Source of the DNA: Hyalangium minutum
Lineage (GTDB): Bacteria > Myxococcota > Myxococcia > Myxococcales > Myxococcaceae
Direction of reading: 5' to 3'
Assembly: GCF_000737315.1 (NCBI RefSeq)
Contig: NZ_JMCB01000009.1
Location: 248,001-312,000 of the forward strand
DNA length: 64,000 bases
Part shown: piece after piece, positions 26,500 through 36,217 of the stretch
Position numbering within the stretch: the first letter of the stretch is position 1
Layout of the letters: every line of letters starts with the position of its first letter
The notes under the pieces: generated by a model
Seen by the model: only the letters and a program-made list of their open reading frames with translations
Told to the model about the DNA's origin: nothing
The model's database searches: none
Made by a program: the position numbers and the translations under genes

Positions 26500-29400
26500 T
26501 CATCTCCACAACTCTTCCGGAATCCATGAGCGCCCCCAGTCCTTCAACTCTTTGGCGCCTCTTGGCCCTAGCACACGATCCGGGAAAGGCGTGGGGTCGT
26601 CCGGCGAATTTCCCCAGAAATAGTAAGGGACCACATCAAGTAGTAAATGCAGAGCAGACCCTTGATCGGATCCAAAATTATATGTCCCTATATTAGCCGG
26701 ATCCGTTACAAGCTGCCCATCCCTGAAGACAACCTCGCAGTGTCCATTGGGAGAGATAAATTTCTTGTTTCTCTCGTTCCCCAGCCCGTGCTGATGATAG
26801 ACCGCTTTATCGGCAGGCACTGGAATCCAGCTTTTCGAGGCGAACTCATAAGACACGACACGATTATACTGATTCCTATTATAATGTAGATCCTTCGCGA
26901 TGACTATCCCCACAGCAGCCACGATAGCCCCAATCGGGACGGCAAAAAGACCAGACGGATCTACGTGCATGTGCGGCTGATTTGCCACGTATACATAAAA
27001 ATTGGTGTCACCACCTGCAAAGCGAATAGGATCCTTGGTGGTCCACCTGCCTGTCTCGGCATCGTAGTCTCTAGCCCCAAAGCGGGTGAGTTTCGTGTCC
27101 CTGTCGTAAAGCCCCCCTGCAAAACCAAAGGGTTGGAAGCCTGGGTTGGAGTCAGCAAGCACGTTGCCCCAAACGTCGTAGTCCAGTCGCTGAGCCACAT
27201 TTCCATTGGCGATATCCACCACGAGGCGGGGGCTGCCTAGGTGATCCGATATGATACGGTAAGTGGTTCCCCCCTTGACCATATAATCGGGTGAGTGGCC
27301 TTGAGTGGCATACACGAAACGGGACACCACTTGATTGCTGCTATTCAACTCAGCAATCACTCGCAACTGCCCATCATAGAGAAAACCTTGAGTGAGAGCG
27401 CCATTCACCATCTTGCCCACTCTTCGGCTCTGCGCATCCACTACGTACGCAATCCGTGTTCCGTTAGGAAGCGTGGCTGAGTGGAGGTTGCCCAAGGAGT
27501 CATACACATAAGTGGTGGATTGGGTCCCCACCTGCTTGCTCTGCAAATCTCCGCTGGGCCCATAGGTGTAGGTCGCATTACCAAACGTTAGCAACCGGTC
27601 CTGAGCATCGTAGGAGGCGGTTCGAGTTACACCCCCTACGACAAGTGCGGTGCGGTTGCCATTACCCGCCCCCCCGTTGTCGTAAGTGGCGTGGGAAATA
27701 ACGGTACCGTCCTCTTGCAAATCCTCCAGTCTTCCTGCTGCGTCATACGTATAGACGTAGGTATGAGTCGTGCCCTGCACCGTCTCGAACTTACGATCAA
27801 TGCGCCCCACGGCATCCCTGCGTAGTTGCACTGAGTAGAGGGATACGCTACCCCACGAGGTAGAAAGGCTTTCAATCTCCCCATAGGCATTGGGAACAAT
27901 CGTAGTGGACACTTGCCCCAGAGTGGTGTCGGTAAGCACGCCATTCGTAGGACTGCGCACAAGCACCATGCTGCCAGCCTGTTTCATCAGCCCATCCTCG
28001 TCGTAGGCGTACACCACCGGGTTGGCGCCATTTATCGAAAGAGAGAAGGGGCGGAAGAACGCGTCATAGTTATAGGAGACACTCCCGCTCACCCCTGTAC
28101 TCCACGTCACCTGCTTAAGCAGTGCCCCGTCATACACATAGTTGAGGCTGGCCCCTTGCGAGTCTGTCAGCGATTGAAGGTACCCACTCACGGGGTAGTA
28201 GACGGCCTGCAGTGTGCGAGCACTGTATCGACTGCTGCTCGGAGGAGTAGCCGTGAGGATCTGCAAGCGCCCTTTCTTGGACGTAGCATTATCCTCGTAG
28301 AAGGCCTGCACATCCGCCCCATCCGGATACGTAGACTGCTTCCACTGCCTGTCCACATTGTACTCCGAGTGGGTGTGTACGCGGGGCACGCCCGTGAGGC
28401 TGGGAGGGGTGTAATCCTCCTCCGCATCCGTCGGCGTGTAGGTAAACGAGTGTGCGGGTTGTCCTGAGGGCACTAGGGTCTTCAAATTACCGTTGGCGTC
28501 GTAGTCGAAGTTCACCTGCCGGTTGCCCGGCAGCGCCTGCCCTCGCACCCGGCCTGCCAAATCATAGGAGAAGCTTGCAGTGCGGCCGAGTGCATCGGTC
28601 ACCGTGTTCAAATATCCCTCGGGCTTATAGGTAAATGTGGAACTGCGGGTCCCCTGGGCGAGCAGCCTCAACTGCCCTTCCGTGTCATAGTCATACGTCA
28701 CCGGCAATATCCCTGGGACCTCCACCTTCACCACCTTGCCCTTGTCGTCATAGGTGGTCGTGACCTGTTTCCTCATAGGGCTCTGCTGAGTGAGTTTGCG
28801 CGTCGAGGCCTCGTACGTGAGGGTGGTGGTGAGCCCATTCACCGTCAGCACGTCCGTAAGCGTGGACAGGCTCAGCACGTCTTGTGGGTTGGTGAGTGTC
28901 ACCGTGCGGCTGTGGCTGAAGTTTTGGGTCAGCCCACTGGGCAACTTCACCGTCTGGGAGCTCACCAGCGGAACCTGCATCCCAAAGCGCGCATCCGGCC
29001 CCTCCACTGTGGTCACCAGTGTCCCATCCGCCGCAGTGACGGCAGTGGTGCCATTGGAGTTTCGCAGCGTCGTGGACACCTGGCCCGCTGCCCCCGTGAG
29101 GGTGCGCTGCTGCTCACCGGAGGAAAGGTTCTGCACCGCATACGTCGTGGTGCGGCCCATGGCAGTGCTTACTGCCACGTTGTATCCGTTGGCGGTCTCG
29201 GTCCGAGCCAGAGCCTTGAATCCGCCCCCGGGCTGGTTGTCCTTCTTCAGCCTCCCATCCGGCTCATACTCGAACGTGTGCAAGCCTCCTCGAGGATCCT
29301 TGAGCGACGTCAAGAGACCACCCGCAGTATGAGCCAGTTCGATTGTCTCCGAGGCGGGATTCGTGACGGAAGACAGATAGCCATTGCCATCCAGCCCCAA

Positions 29401-32400
29401 CGTGGTGCGCTGGCCATGAGGCGCCACAATGGTCAGGGGCTTTCCCGAAGCATCCCGCTCCACCCGAGAGATCAACCCATCCTCGTCCTTCACGGTCATC
29501 AACCGCCCAGCTTCGTCGTAGCCGAACTCGAAGCGCACCGACTTCGTCAGCGCGTCCAACGTCCGCAAGTGACGCCCGCTGGAGTTGAAGACATAGACCT
29601 CTCCTCCATCCTCAGAGGGAATGATCAGGTCCTCGGAGCCAAACCCAGGCAGCGAAGAACTCACCTTGCGGATGCGCTGACCCGACCATTCCGAGATGAA
29701 CAGGCTCCCCTCTGGGCTGAGAGCCAAGCCACGAGGCGTATGGACCTGGGCCTGAGCCACAGGCCCCCCACTTCCACCCGAAGCGGGAAACCCCGTCCCC
29801 GTCACCGTGGTGATGATGCCATCGGGGCTCACTTTGCGGATGCGATGGTTCCCTGCATCAGCGATGAACAGAGTGCCACTCAGGTCAACCGCAATCCCTC
29901 GGGGCTCAAGCAACCGAGCCTGCGTGGCCGGCCCGCCATCTCCGCTGTAGCCAGGACTCGACGTCCCCGCCACGGTGGTGATGATGCCGTGAGGGCTCAC
30001 CTTACGAACACGGTGATTTCCTGTATCGGCAATCCAGAGATTTCCCGCTGAATCCAGCGCGATCTTCTGCGGGAGGTTCAGCCGCGCCTGGGTGGCCGAC
30101 CCACCATCGCCACTGAATCCAGAAGCGCACTTCCCGACAGCCGTTGTGATCACCCCATCCGGACCTACCTTCCGGATGCGGTGATCATCCGCAATGAAGA
30201 GGCTTCCATCGCTTCCCAGCGCGATTCCCTGGGGGCCATACAGTCGTGCTTGCGTGGCGGGCCCACCATTTCCGCTGTACCCCCGGTTCCCAGTGCCCAC
30301 CACGGTGGTGATGATCCCCTGAGAGTTGACCTTCCGGATGCTGAAGTTCCCCGTATCGACAATGAACAGGTTGTTCTCCGCATCCACCGCGATGTCTTGC
30401 GGAGACCGGAACTGGGCCTGAGTCGCGCTCCCACCATCTCCGCTGTAGCCCGGCACTCCGGTTCCAGCGACGGTCGTGATCGTCCCAGCCGGGCTCACCT
30501 TGCGGATACGATGATTCGCACTGTCCACAATGAAGAGGCTGCCATCCCGGCCGACCGCGATCCCTTCAGGCGACAAGAGCTGGGACTGCGTCGCGGGCCC
30601 TCCATCCCCTCCAGAGCCCGGCACGCCTGTTCCAGCGACGGTCGTGATGACGCGCTGATTGAGGTCCAATGAGCTGCGGCGCTGCCCATACCCCAGATAG
30701 AGGACCTTCCCCATGGCGTCATAGGCGTGCTGGACATCGAGGGTCCATCCTCCCAGCCCCTGCGACGAAGACTTGAACGTCCCCAGACTGCTCTCCCAAT
30801 CCTGCCACAGCGTCATCTCACGCGTGTCTTGAGCAGCCGTGAAGGGGATACCCGAAATCCGTCCGAAGGCCTGCCCAAACTCCGCAGGCTGTTGGTAGAT
30901 GAGCGAGTAGACATAGCCAACGCGAACCTTCGCGGGCCACTCCCCTTGCAAGACGCGCCCATACGCGTCCTTCCCATCCCACTCGAAGGTGTATTGCTGA
31001 TTCACGGCGGCGGGGAACGTGTGCGTAAACCGCTGCCCAGCAATCTCCACCTCCAGCACCATCCGCCTGAGACTGGCGGGCAGAGAGGCGCCGCTCAGGG
31101 GAACCTTCAGCCGGTAGTTCGTCTTCCGCCCCGGCACCCGGTCGCTCCTGTAATGCAAGCCGAACGGAGCACCCACGAGCTCAATGGCTTCCCCCAAGGT
31201 CTGGGTCTGGCACTCGATGATCGACCCGCAGACGGCATCGGGCTTCTCCTCGGGCTTCTCCGCCTGAGGAGGTGACTGAATGGGCGCCTCTGCATCCAGG
31301 GGCGGACCGTAAGGCCAGTTACAATCCCACGGCGTGAAGTGGACGATGGGGGTGCGCCAAAGCGTCTTCCCCGCCGGGTACAGCCGCCCCAACTGCTGCA
31401 GTTCATCATCCAGGATGCCCAGGGGCACCAGCACATCAGGCCCGTCCGCGATCCCATCCCCATTCACATCCAACACGGCCACGTTCGCATTGATGCCGAG
31501 GATCTTCACCACACGGCCGTTGTCCGAGGGCTTCCACACCCCAGACCTCCTGTCGTAGTAGCCCGCCGGCACCACGCTCCCCACCGGGAAGTTCAGGAAG
31601 TTGTCCACGTACAGCGGCACCGGCTGCGTGAAGCGGACCTCCACGGCCCCGGCGGCCTGGGCCTCGTCCACGCTCAGCTCCACCGCATAGGTGTAGCCGC
31701 TGGTGGGCGGCAGATCTCCCGGCATCGCGTCCGGCCCTCGCTCTCCCACGGTGTACTCAGTGGCGCGCACGTGCCCCGTGGAGAGCGTCTGCGTGCTCCC
31801 ATCGGGCAGCTCCATGCTCACCTGGGTGTTGGGAGGAAAGAGCAGGGTCGCCCGCCGTGTCCCGTCCGCGTCCGTAACGGGAGCGCCTTGCGCCACCTGC
31901 ATCCCCGTGCTGCCCCCACCAAACTGCACTGGGGTCACCTGGGCATCGGCGCCCACCAGCACCACATCCTCGAGCCAGGCGTAGTTCTGCCAGGCCGGTT
32001 GCTCCTGGCGCTGAGAGGGCATGTACCCCGCCAGTTCGTACTGCAAGGTGAGCGGCACGCCTCCATTCACGGCCATGTCGAACATGCCGTTGGCTCGCGT
32101 CAGCGTGGCCCCAAACTCCGGATGGCCCAGCACGGACACCTTCACCCCTACCAGGGGGTTGCCCTCTCTCCCCTTCACGTGTCCGCGAAGCACCGCCACC
32201 CGCTTCGGGTCAATCGTCCCCTCGGCAACCCCTGTCTGGATCGCATGGGGGCCCGTGTAGAGAAACGCGGTGGCTTCGATGAACGGCGTTACCGCCGTCT
32301 CACTCACGGGCGTTACCACCTCTTCCAGTTCTGGACGCACCGTTACATGGAGCGTGGCTTCCGCCGGATTGCCAGCGGTGTCCTCCACCCGGGCCACCAG

Positions 32401-32718
32401 CGTGAGTGCCCCGGCGGCCAGCGTCACGGTCCCCTGCGCCCCCCTCTCCCCAGCGGAGAGCTGAGAGGAGAGGTCCTGCCCATTCACCAGCAGCCGGAAA
32501 GAGCCAGGCGCCACCCCCGAGGGATCGTCATAGGTCAGTGCGATGGTCTGGACGGTGCCATGGAGCGTGCTTCCCTCCTCGGGGCTCGTGAAGACCAAGG
32601 ACGGTGGCGTCTCGTCCTTCGGGCCGGAGAGGGGCGGGTCATCCGCACAGCCTCCCAGCCATAGCGTCCCCGCGACCATCCACCACCCGAGAATGAACCG
32701 CAGACTTGAACGTTGCAT
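26500..32718 (-). CDS. Teneurin-like NHL-repeat/YD(RHS)-repeat lipoprotein with variable C-terminal tip (2072 aa)
   Basis: Lipobox LWLGGC; Ig-like domain; six NHL repeats; YD repeats; RHS core PFGFAGGLYDRDTKLTRFGARDYDAETGRWTTKDPIRFAGGDTNFYVY...PHMHVDPSGL. Confidence 0.92.
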   Translation of the reverse strand: MQRSSLRFILGWWMVAGTLWLGGCADDPPLSGPKDETPPSLVFTSPEEGSTLHGTVQTIALTYDDPSGVAPGSFRLLVNGQDLSSQLSAGERGAQGTVTLAAGALTLVARVEDTAGNPAEATLHVTVRPELEEVVTPVSETAVTPFIEATAFLYTGPHAIQTGVAEGTIDPKRVAVLRGHVKGREGNPLVGVKVSVLGHPEFGATLTRANGMFDMAVNGGVPLTLQYELAGYMPSQRQEQPAWQNYAWLEDVVLVGADAQVTPVQFGGGSTGMQVAQGAPVTDADGTRRATLLFPPNTQVSMELPDGSTQTLSTGHVRATEYTVGERGPDAMPGDLPPTSGYTYAVELSVDEAQAAGAVEVRFTQPVPLYVDNFLNFPVGSVVPAGYYDRRSGVWKPSDNGRVVKILGINANVAVLDVNGDGIADGPDVLVPLGILDDELQQLGRLYPAGKTLWRTPIVHFTPWDCNWPYGPPLDAEAPIQSPPQAEKPEEKPDAVCGSIIECQTQTLGEAIELVGAPFGLHYRSDRVPGRKTNYRLKVPLSGASLPASLRRMVLEVEIAGQRFTHTFPAAVNQQYTFEWDGKDAYGRVLQGEWPAKVRVGYVYSLIYQQPAEFGQAFGRISGIPFTAAQDTREMTLWQDWESSLGTFKSSSQGLGGWTLDVQHAYDAMGKVLYLGYGQRRSSLDLNQRVITTVAGTGVPGSGGDGGPATQSQLLSPEGIAVGRDGSLFIVDSANHRIRKVSPAGTITTVAGTGVPGYSGDGGSATQAQFRSPQDIAVDAENNLFIVDTGNFSIRKVNSQGIITTVVGTGNRGYSGNGGPATQARLYGPQGIALGSDGSLFIADDHRIRKVGPDGVITTAVGKCASGFSGDGGSATQARLNLPQKIALDSAGNLWIADTGNHRVRKVSPHGIITTVAGTSSPGYSGDGGPATQARLLEPRGIAVDLSGTLFIADAGNHRIRKVSPDGIITTVTGTGFPASGGSGGPVAQAQVHTPRGLALSPEGSLFISEWSGQRIRKVSSSLPGFGSEDLIIPSEDGGEVYVFNSSGRHLRTLDALTKSVRFEFGYDEAGRLMTVKDEDGLISRVERDASGKPLTIVAPHGQRTTLGLDGNGYLSSVTNPASETIELAHTAGGLLTSLKDPRGGLHTFEYEPDGRLKKDNQPGGGFKALARTETANGYNVAVSTAMGRTTTYAVQNLSSGEQQRTLTGAAGQVSTTLRNSNGTTAVTAADGTLVTTVEGPDARFGMQVPLVSSQTVKLPSGLTQNFSHSRTVTLTNPQDVLSLSTLTDVLTVNGLTTTLTYEASTRKLTQQSPMRKQVTTTYDDKGKVVKVEVPGILPVTYDYDTEGQLRLLAQGTRSSTFTYKPEGYLNTVTDALGRTASFSYDLAGRVRGQALPGNRQVNFDYDANGNLKTLVPSGQPAHSFTYTPTDAEEDYTPPSLTGVPRVHTHSEYNVDRQWKQSTYPDGADVQAFYEDNATSKKGRLQILTATPPSSSRYSARTLQAVYYPVSGYLQSLTDSQGASLNYVYDGALLKQVTWSTGVSGSVSYNYDAFFRPFSLSINGANPVVYAYDEDGLMKQAGSMVLVRSPTNGVLTDTTLGQVSTTIVPNAYGEIESLSTSWGSVSLYSVQLRRDAVGRIDRKFETVQGTTHTYVYTYDAAGRLEDLQEDGTVISHATYDNGGAGNGNRTALVVGGVTRTASYDAQDRLLTFGNATYTYGPSGDLQSKQVGTQSTTYVYDSLGNLHSATLPNGTRIAYVVDAQSRRVGKMVNGALTQGFLYDGQLRVIAELNSSNQVVSRFVYATQGHSPDYMVKGGTTYRIISDHLGSPRLVVDIANGNVAQRLDYDVWGNVLADSNPGFQPFGFAGGLYDRDTKLTRFGARDYDAETGRWTTKDPIRFAGGDTNFYVYVANQPHMHVDPSGLFAVPIGAIVAAVGIVIAKDLHYNRNQYNRVVSYEFASKSWIPVPADKAVYHQHGLGNERNKKFISPNGHCEVVFRDGQLVTDPANIGTYNFGSDQGSALHLLLDVVPYYFWGNSPDDPTPFPDRVLGPRGAKELKDWGRSWIPEELWR
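29660..30650 (-). repeat. Six ~56-aa NHL repeats (predicted 6-bladed propeller)
   Basis: Six copies of the consensus ITTVAGTG..G.SGDGG.ATQA.L..P.GIA....G.LFI.D..NHRIRKV; boundaries approximate. Confidence 0.88.
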
Positions 32719-32819
32719 GAGCGTTCCCCAACAAGCATCAAATCAGAGCGGGTGCCTGCGCAGTGCCCCCTGGCGGAAAGACGCCTTGAAGCGAGCACCA
32801 CGCGGTCCCACTGCCCATA

Positions 32820-35231
32820 TCAGTCAACACACTCGAGCCGCACCGTCACCGTCACCCTGGCCGTGTCCGTAGCGCCACTTCCATTGGAGACGGTGTAGAG
32901 AAAGCTCATGTTGCCGAGAAAGTTTGGCGCGGGGGTGAAGCGCAGCACACCTCCGCTGAGGCTGACCGTTCCGCTGGCCGGCTGAGTCACGGAGGTGATG
33001 ATGAGGGTCCCCGACGCCGAGCTGTCATTGGCCAGCACGTTCAGCACCGTGGGCCCGCTGTCATCCGCCACCGTGAAGGCGTCATTTCCGGCATGGAGCA
33101 CGCTGTTCACCGTCACCGTCATCCACACCGCGGCCGTCGCGGATCCACCCGTCCCATCCGAGACCGTGTAGGTAAAATACGTGGTGCCAACGAAGGTCTC
33201 CGCGGGGGTGAAGCGCACCACGCCTCCAGAGAGCGTCACGGTGCCGCCCGTCGGCTGCGTCACCGCTACGATGGTCAAGGTCTCCCCCAAATCCGGGGCC
33301 GATGAGTCATTGGCCAAGAGGTTCAACTCCGTGGCCTCGCTGTCCTCCATGACAGAGAAGCTGTCGTCTCGGGCTGTCGGAGGGTCGTTCACGGGCGTCA
33401 CGGTCACGGTGACCGCAGCTGTATCAATCCCTCCATTCCCGTCGGAGAGGGTGTAGGTGAAGTTCGTGGTGCCGAAGAAGTCTGGAGCAGCGGTGAAGAA
33501 GAGCGTGCCGCCACTGACGAAGACCGAGCCGTTCGCGGGTTGAGTCGCTGAAGTGACGGTGCGCGTCCCCGTCGCAGAGGCATCATTGGCAAGCACATCC
33601 AGTGCAGCAGTCCCGCTGTCCTCGGCCACCGTGAAGGCGTCGTCCACCGCATTCGTCGCTACCGCCGTCACCGTCACTGTCACCGTGGCCGTATCGGTTC
33701 CTCCGATGCCGTCCGAGATGATGTAGGTGAAGTTCGTGGTGCCGACAAAGTTCGTCGCGGGGGTAAAGCGCAGCACGCCTCCTGTGAGGCTCACCGTGCC
33801 ATTGGCGGGCTGGGTCGCCGCAGTCAGAGTGATTGTCCCCGATGCCGAGCTGTCATTGGCCAGTACGTCCAGCACGGTGGCTCCGCCATTCCGGGCCACG
33901 GTGAAGCTGTCGTCCACCGCATCCGTCACTGCCGCCAGCCCCACTCTCACGGTCACCAGAGCCGTGTCGGTCCCTCCTGAGCCATCCGAGAGGGTGTAGG
34001 AGAAGCTCGTGGTACCGGAGAAGTTAGACGCTGGGGTGAAGTTCACCATGCCCCCAGTGAGGACCACCGTCGCATTCGCCGGCTGTGTGACGGCACTGAC
34101 GGAGATTGTCTCCCCCTGATCTGGAGCGGCGGTGTCATTGGCCAGAACATCGAGCGGAGTCGTCCCGCTGTTCTGGGCGACCGAGAACGTATCGTTCACC
34201 GCGTCCGGTGGGTCGTTCACGGGCGTTACCGTCACCGTCACCGAGGCGGTACTGGTCCCTCCACTTCCATCGGAGACCGTATAAGTGAAGCCCGTGATGC
34301 CAAAGAAGTTAGAGGCGGGGGTGAAGCGCACGACACCGCCACTGAGGGTCACCGTGCCGTTAAAGGGTTGAGTGACGGCCGTGACGGTGAGCGTCCCCGA
34401 CGACGTGCTGTCGTTGGCCAGCACGTCGATCGCCGTTGGACCGCTGTCCTCAAGTACGGTCAAGGTGTCGTCGGTGGCCACCGGTCCGACGGTGTCGACC
34501 GTGAAGGTGTTGGCGTTCGACTGCGAGCCGGTGTTGCCTACTTCGTCGGTCGCAGTGGCTTGCACCACGTGAGAGCCATCCACCAGTAGCCCCGGGGAGG
34601 TGAAGCTCCAGTTGCCTGAGCCATCCACCGTCGTGCTGCCCACCACGGTCCCATCCACGATGATGACGACGGTGCTGCTGGGCTCAGCTGTGCCTGAGTA
34701 GGTCGGCGTCGTGTCGTTGATTCGCGAGCCGTTGGCCGGCAAGTAGATGGCCGGGGCGGCTGGAGGGGTGGTGTCCACCGTGAAGGTATTGGGCGTGGAC
34801 TCAGGGCTGGTATTCCCTTGGGCGTCGGCAGCCGTGGCCCGTACCTCGTGAATCCCATCCGTCAGTGGCGTGGTCGAGGTGAAGGCCCAGGTACCTCCAG
34901 TCACTGCCGTAGATGTACCCAGGGACACACCGTCCACCAAGACGGAGACGGTGACCGTATTGCCTTGCTCAGTAGTGCCCGAGTAGGTCGGCGTCGGGTC
35001 ACTCGTTCGCGAGCCGTTGGCGGGGGTAACCACCACAGGAGCAGGCGGAGCGGCGATGATGGCCGTAACGCTGTTGCCCTGACGTGCCGCCGCGGCATTC
35101 GCCGCGGGAGGAGTTTGGGTCTCTTGGCTACAAGAGAGACTCAGCGCTCCCAGCATGACTGGCAGCACCAGGAGTTTTGCAAAGACGGCGACCTTCGTCT
35201 GAAGGCATGGATCCACAGATCCCCCTCTCAC
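32820..35231 (-). CDS. Ig-like/cadherin-like repeat surface lipoprotein (803 aa)
   Basis: Lipobox-like LSLSC; two Big-type domains (PAPVVVTPANGS..., PAAPAIYLPANGS...); six ~95-aa repeats beginning A.DD.FTV.EDS with VLAND and FTY motifs. Start may be downstream of 35231. Confidence 0.85.
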   Translation of the reverse strand: MRGGSVDPCLQTKVAVFAKLLVLPVMLGALSLSCSQETQTPPAANAAAARQGNSVTAIIAAPPAPVVVTPANGSRTSDPTPTYSGTTEQGNTVTVSVLVDGVSLGTSTAVTGGTWAFTSTTPLTDGIHEVRATAADAQGNTSPESTPNTFTVDTTPPAAPAIYLPANGSRINDTTPTYSGTAEPSSTVVIIVDGTVVGSTTVDGSGNWSFTSPGLLVDGSHVVQATATDEVGNTGSQSNANTFTVDTVGPVATDDTLTVLEDSGPTAIDVLANDSTSSGTLTVTAVTQPFNGTVTLSGGVVRFTPASNFFGITGFTYTVSDGSGGTSTASVTVTVTPVNDPPDAVNDTFSVAQNSGTTPLDVLANDTAAPDQGETISVSAVTQPANATVVLTGGMVNFTPASNFSGTTSFSYTLSDGSGGTDTALVTVRVGLAAVTDAVDDSFTVARNGGATVLDVLANDSSASGTITLTAATQPANGTVSLTGGVLRFTPATNFVGTTNFTYIISDGIGGTDTATVTVTVTAVATNAVDDAFTVAEDSGTAALDVLANDASATGTRTVTSATQPANGSVFVSGGTLFFTAAPDFFGTTNFTYTLSDGNGGIDTAAVTVTVTPVNDPPTARDDSFSVMEDSEATELNLLANDSSAPDLGETLTIVAVTQPTGGTVTLSGGVVRFTPAETFVGTTYFTYTVSDGTGGSATAAVWMTVTVNSVLHAGNDAFTVADDSGPTVLNVLANDSSASGTLIITSVTQPASGTVSLSGGVLRFTPAPNFLGNMSFLYTVSNGSGATDTARVTVTVRLECVD
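32830..34500 (-). repeat. Six tandem cadherin-like (~95 aa) repeats
   Basis: Repeat starts ATDDTLTV, AVNDTFSV, AVDDSFTV, AVDDAFTV, ARDDSFSV, AGNDAFTV; boundaries approximate. Confidence 0.85.
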
Positions 35232-35317
35232 GATAAGCTGACTCGCTTACCGCCAGCTTAGATCACCTCTCATGGATGTGGTGCGTAATCATGGCAGGAA
35301 TTTCGAAGGGGATAGGA

Positions 35318-36208
35318 ATGACACGGGTCCTGGTCGTCGGTGGCGTGGCGTTCAACACGATGATCCAGCTCGAGCAGTTCCCGGAGCGGCGCTCCCAGAC
35401 CGTCTTCAGCCGGGGCTACCACGAGACCCTCGGAGAGACCGGGGCTGGCAAGGCGTTGAACCTTCGCAAGCTGGGCTTCGACGTCTCCCTCCATGGCCTC
35501 GTAGGTGATGACCTGTACGGCCACCGCATCGAAGAGCGGCTCCAGCAAGAGGGCATCCACTTCCTCCGCGATCTCGATCCGCGCGGCACCGAGCGCCACG
35601 TCAACCTCATGAACGCCGAGGGCGGCCGCATCTCCATCTACATGGCCTATGCCACCTTCGAGCCCCAGCTCGACTTGAGCCACCTCGAAGCCCTCATTCC
35701 CTCGCACGACTACGTCGTGCTCAACATCATCAACTACGCGCGCCGCCTCATCCCTGCCGTGAAGCGATCTGGCAAAGAGCTCTGGTGCGACATCCACGAC
35801 TTCGATGGCCGGAATGAGTACCACCGCGACTTCATCGAAGCCGCTGACTGCATCTTCATGAGCTCCGACTCCATGAGCGACTACCGCCCGTTCATGCAGT
35901 ACCTCGTGAGCCAGGGAAAGAAGCTCGTGGTCTGCACCCACGGCCGCCACGGCTCCACCGCCCTCACCTCTGACAACCGCTGGATCGAGACTCCCATCGT
36001 CCCCGGCTACACCGTCCGCGACACCAACGGCGCCGGCGATGCCTTCTTCGCGGGCTTCCTCTTCGGCCACTCCCGGCAATACCCCCTCAAGCAGTGCCTG
36101 CGGCTCGCCAGCATCACGGGAGCCCTGTGCGTCACCTCGGAAGAGCTGGCCTCCCCCACCCTCTCCTCTGAGTTGCTGGAGTCGGAATACCGCAAGCACT
36201 TCGGCTGA
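35318..36208 (+). CDS. PfkB family carbohydrate kinase
   Basis: MTRVLVVGG, GETGAGKALNL, DTNGAGDAFFAGF; ATG 35318 after GATAGGA. Confidence 0.9.
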   Translation: MTRVLVVGGVAFNTMIQLEQFPERRSQTVFSRGYHETLGETGAGKALNLRKLGFDVSLHGLVGDDLYGHRIEERLQQEGIHFLRDLDPRGTERHVNLMNAEGGRISIYMAYATFEPQLDLSHLEALIPSHDYVVLNIINYARRLIPAVKRSGKELWCDIHDFDGRNEYHRDFIEAADCIFMSSDSMSDYRPFMQYLVSQGKKLVVCTHGRHGSTALTSDNRWIETPIVPGYTVRDTNGAGDAFFAGFLFGHSRQYPLKQCLRLASITGALCVTSEELASPTLSSELLESEYRKHFG

Positions 36209-36217
36209 GCCGCCCCG

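Noticed and set aside
26493-27480. Small plus-strand ORFs opposite the RHS tip as immunity candidates
   Set aside because: They overlap the RHS core/tip antisense and have no recognisable features; immunity genes are normally same-strand and downstream.
29660-34500. Regularly spaced DNA repeats that could suggest a CRISPR array
   Set aside because: They are degenerate, in-frame protein repeats (NHL ~170 nt, cadherin-like ~285 nt); there are no identical short repeats with spacers and no cas genes.
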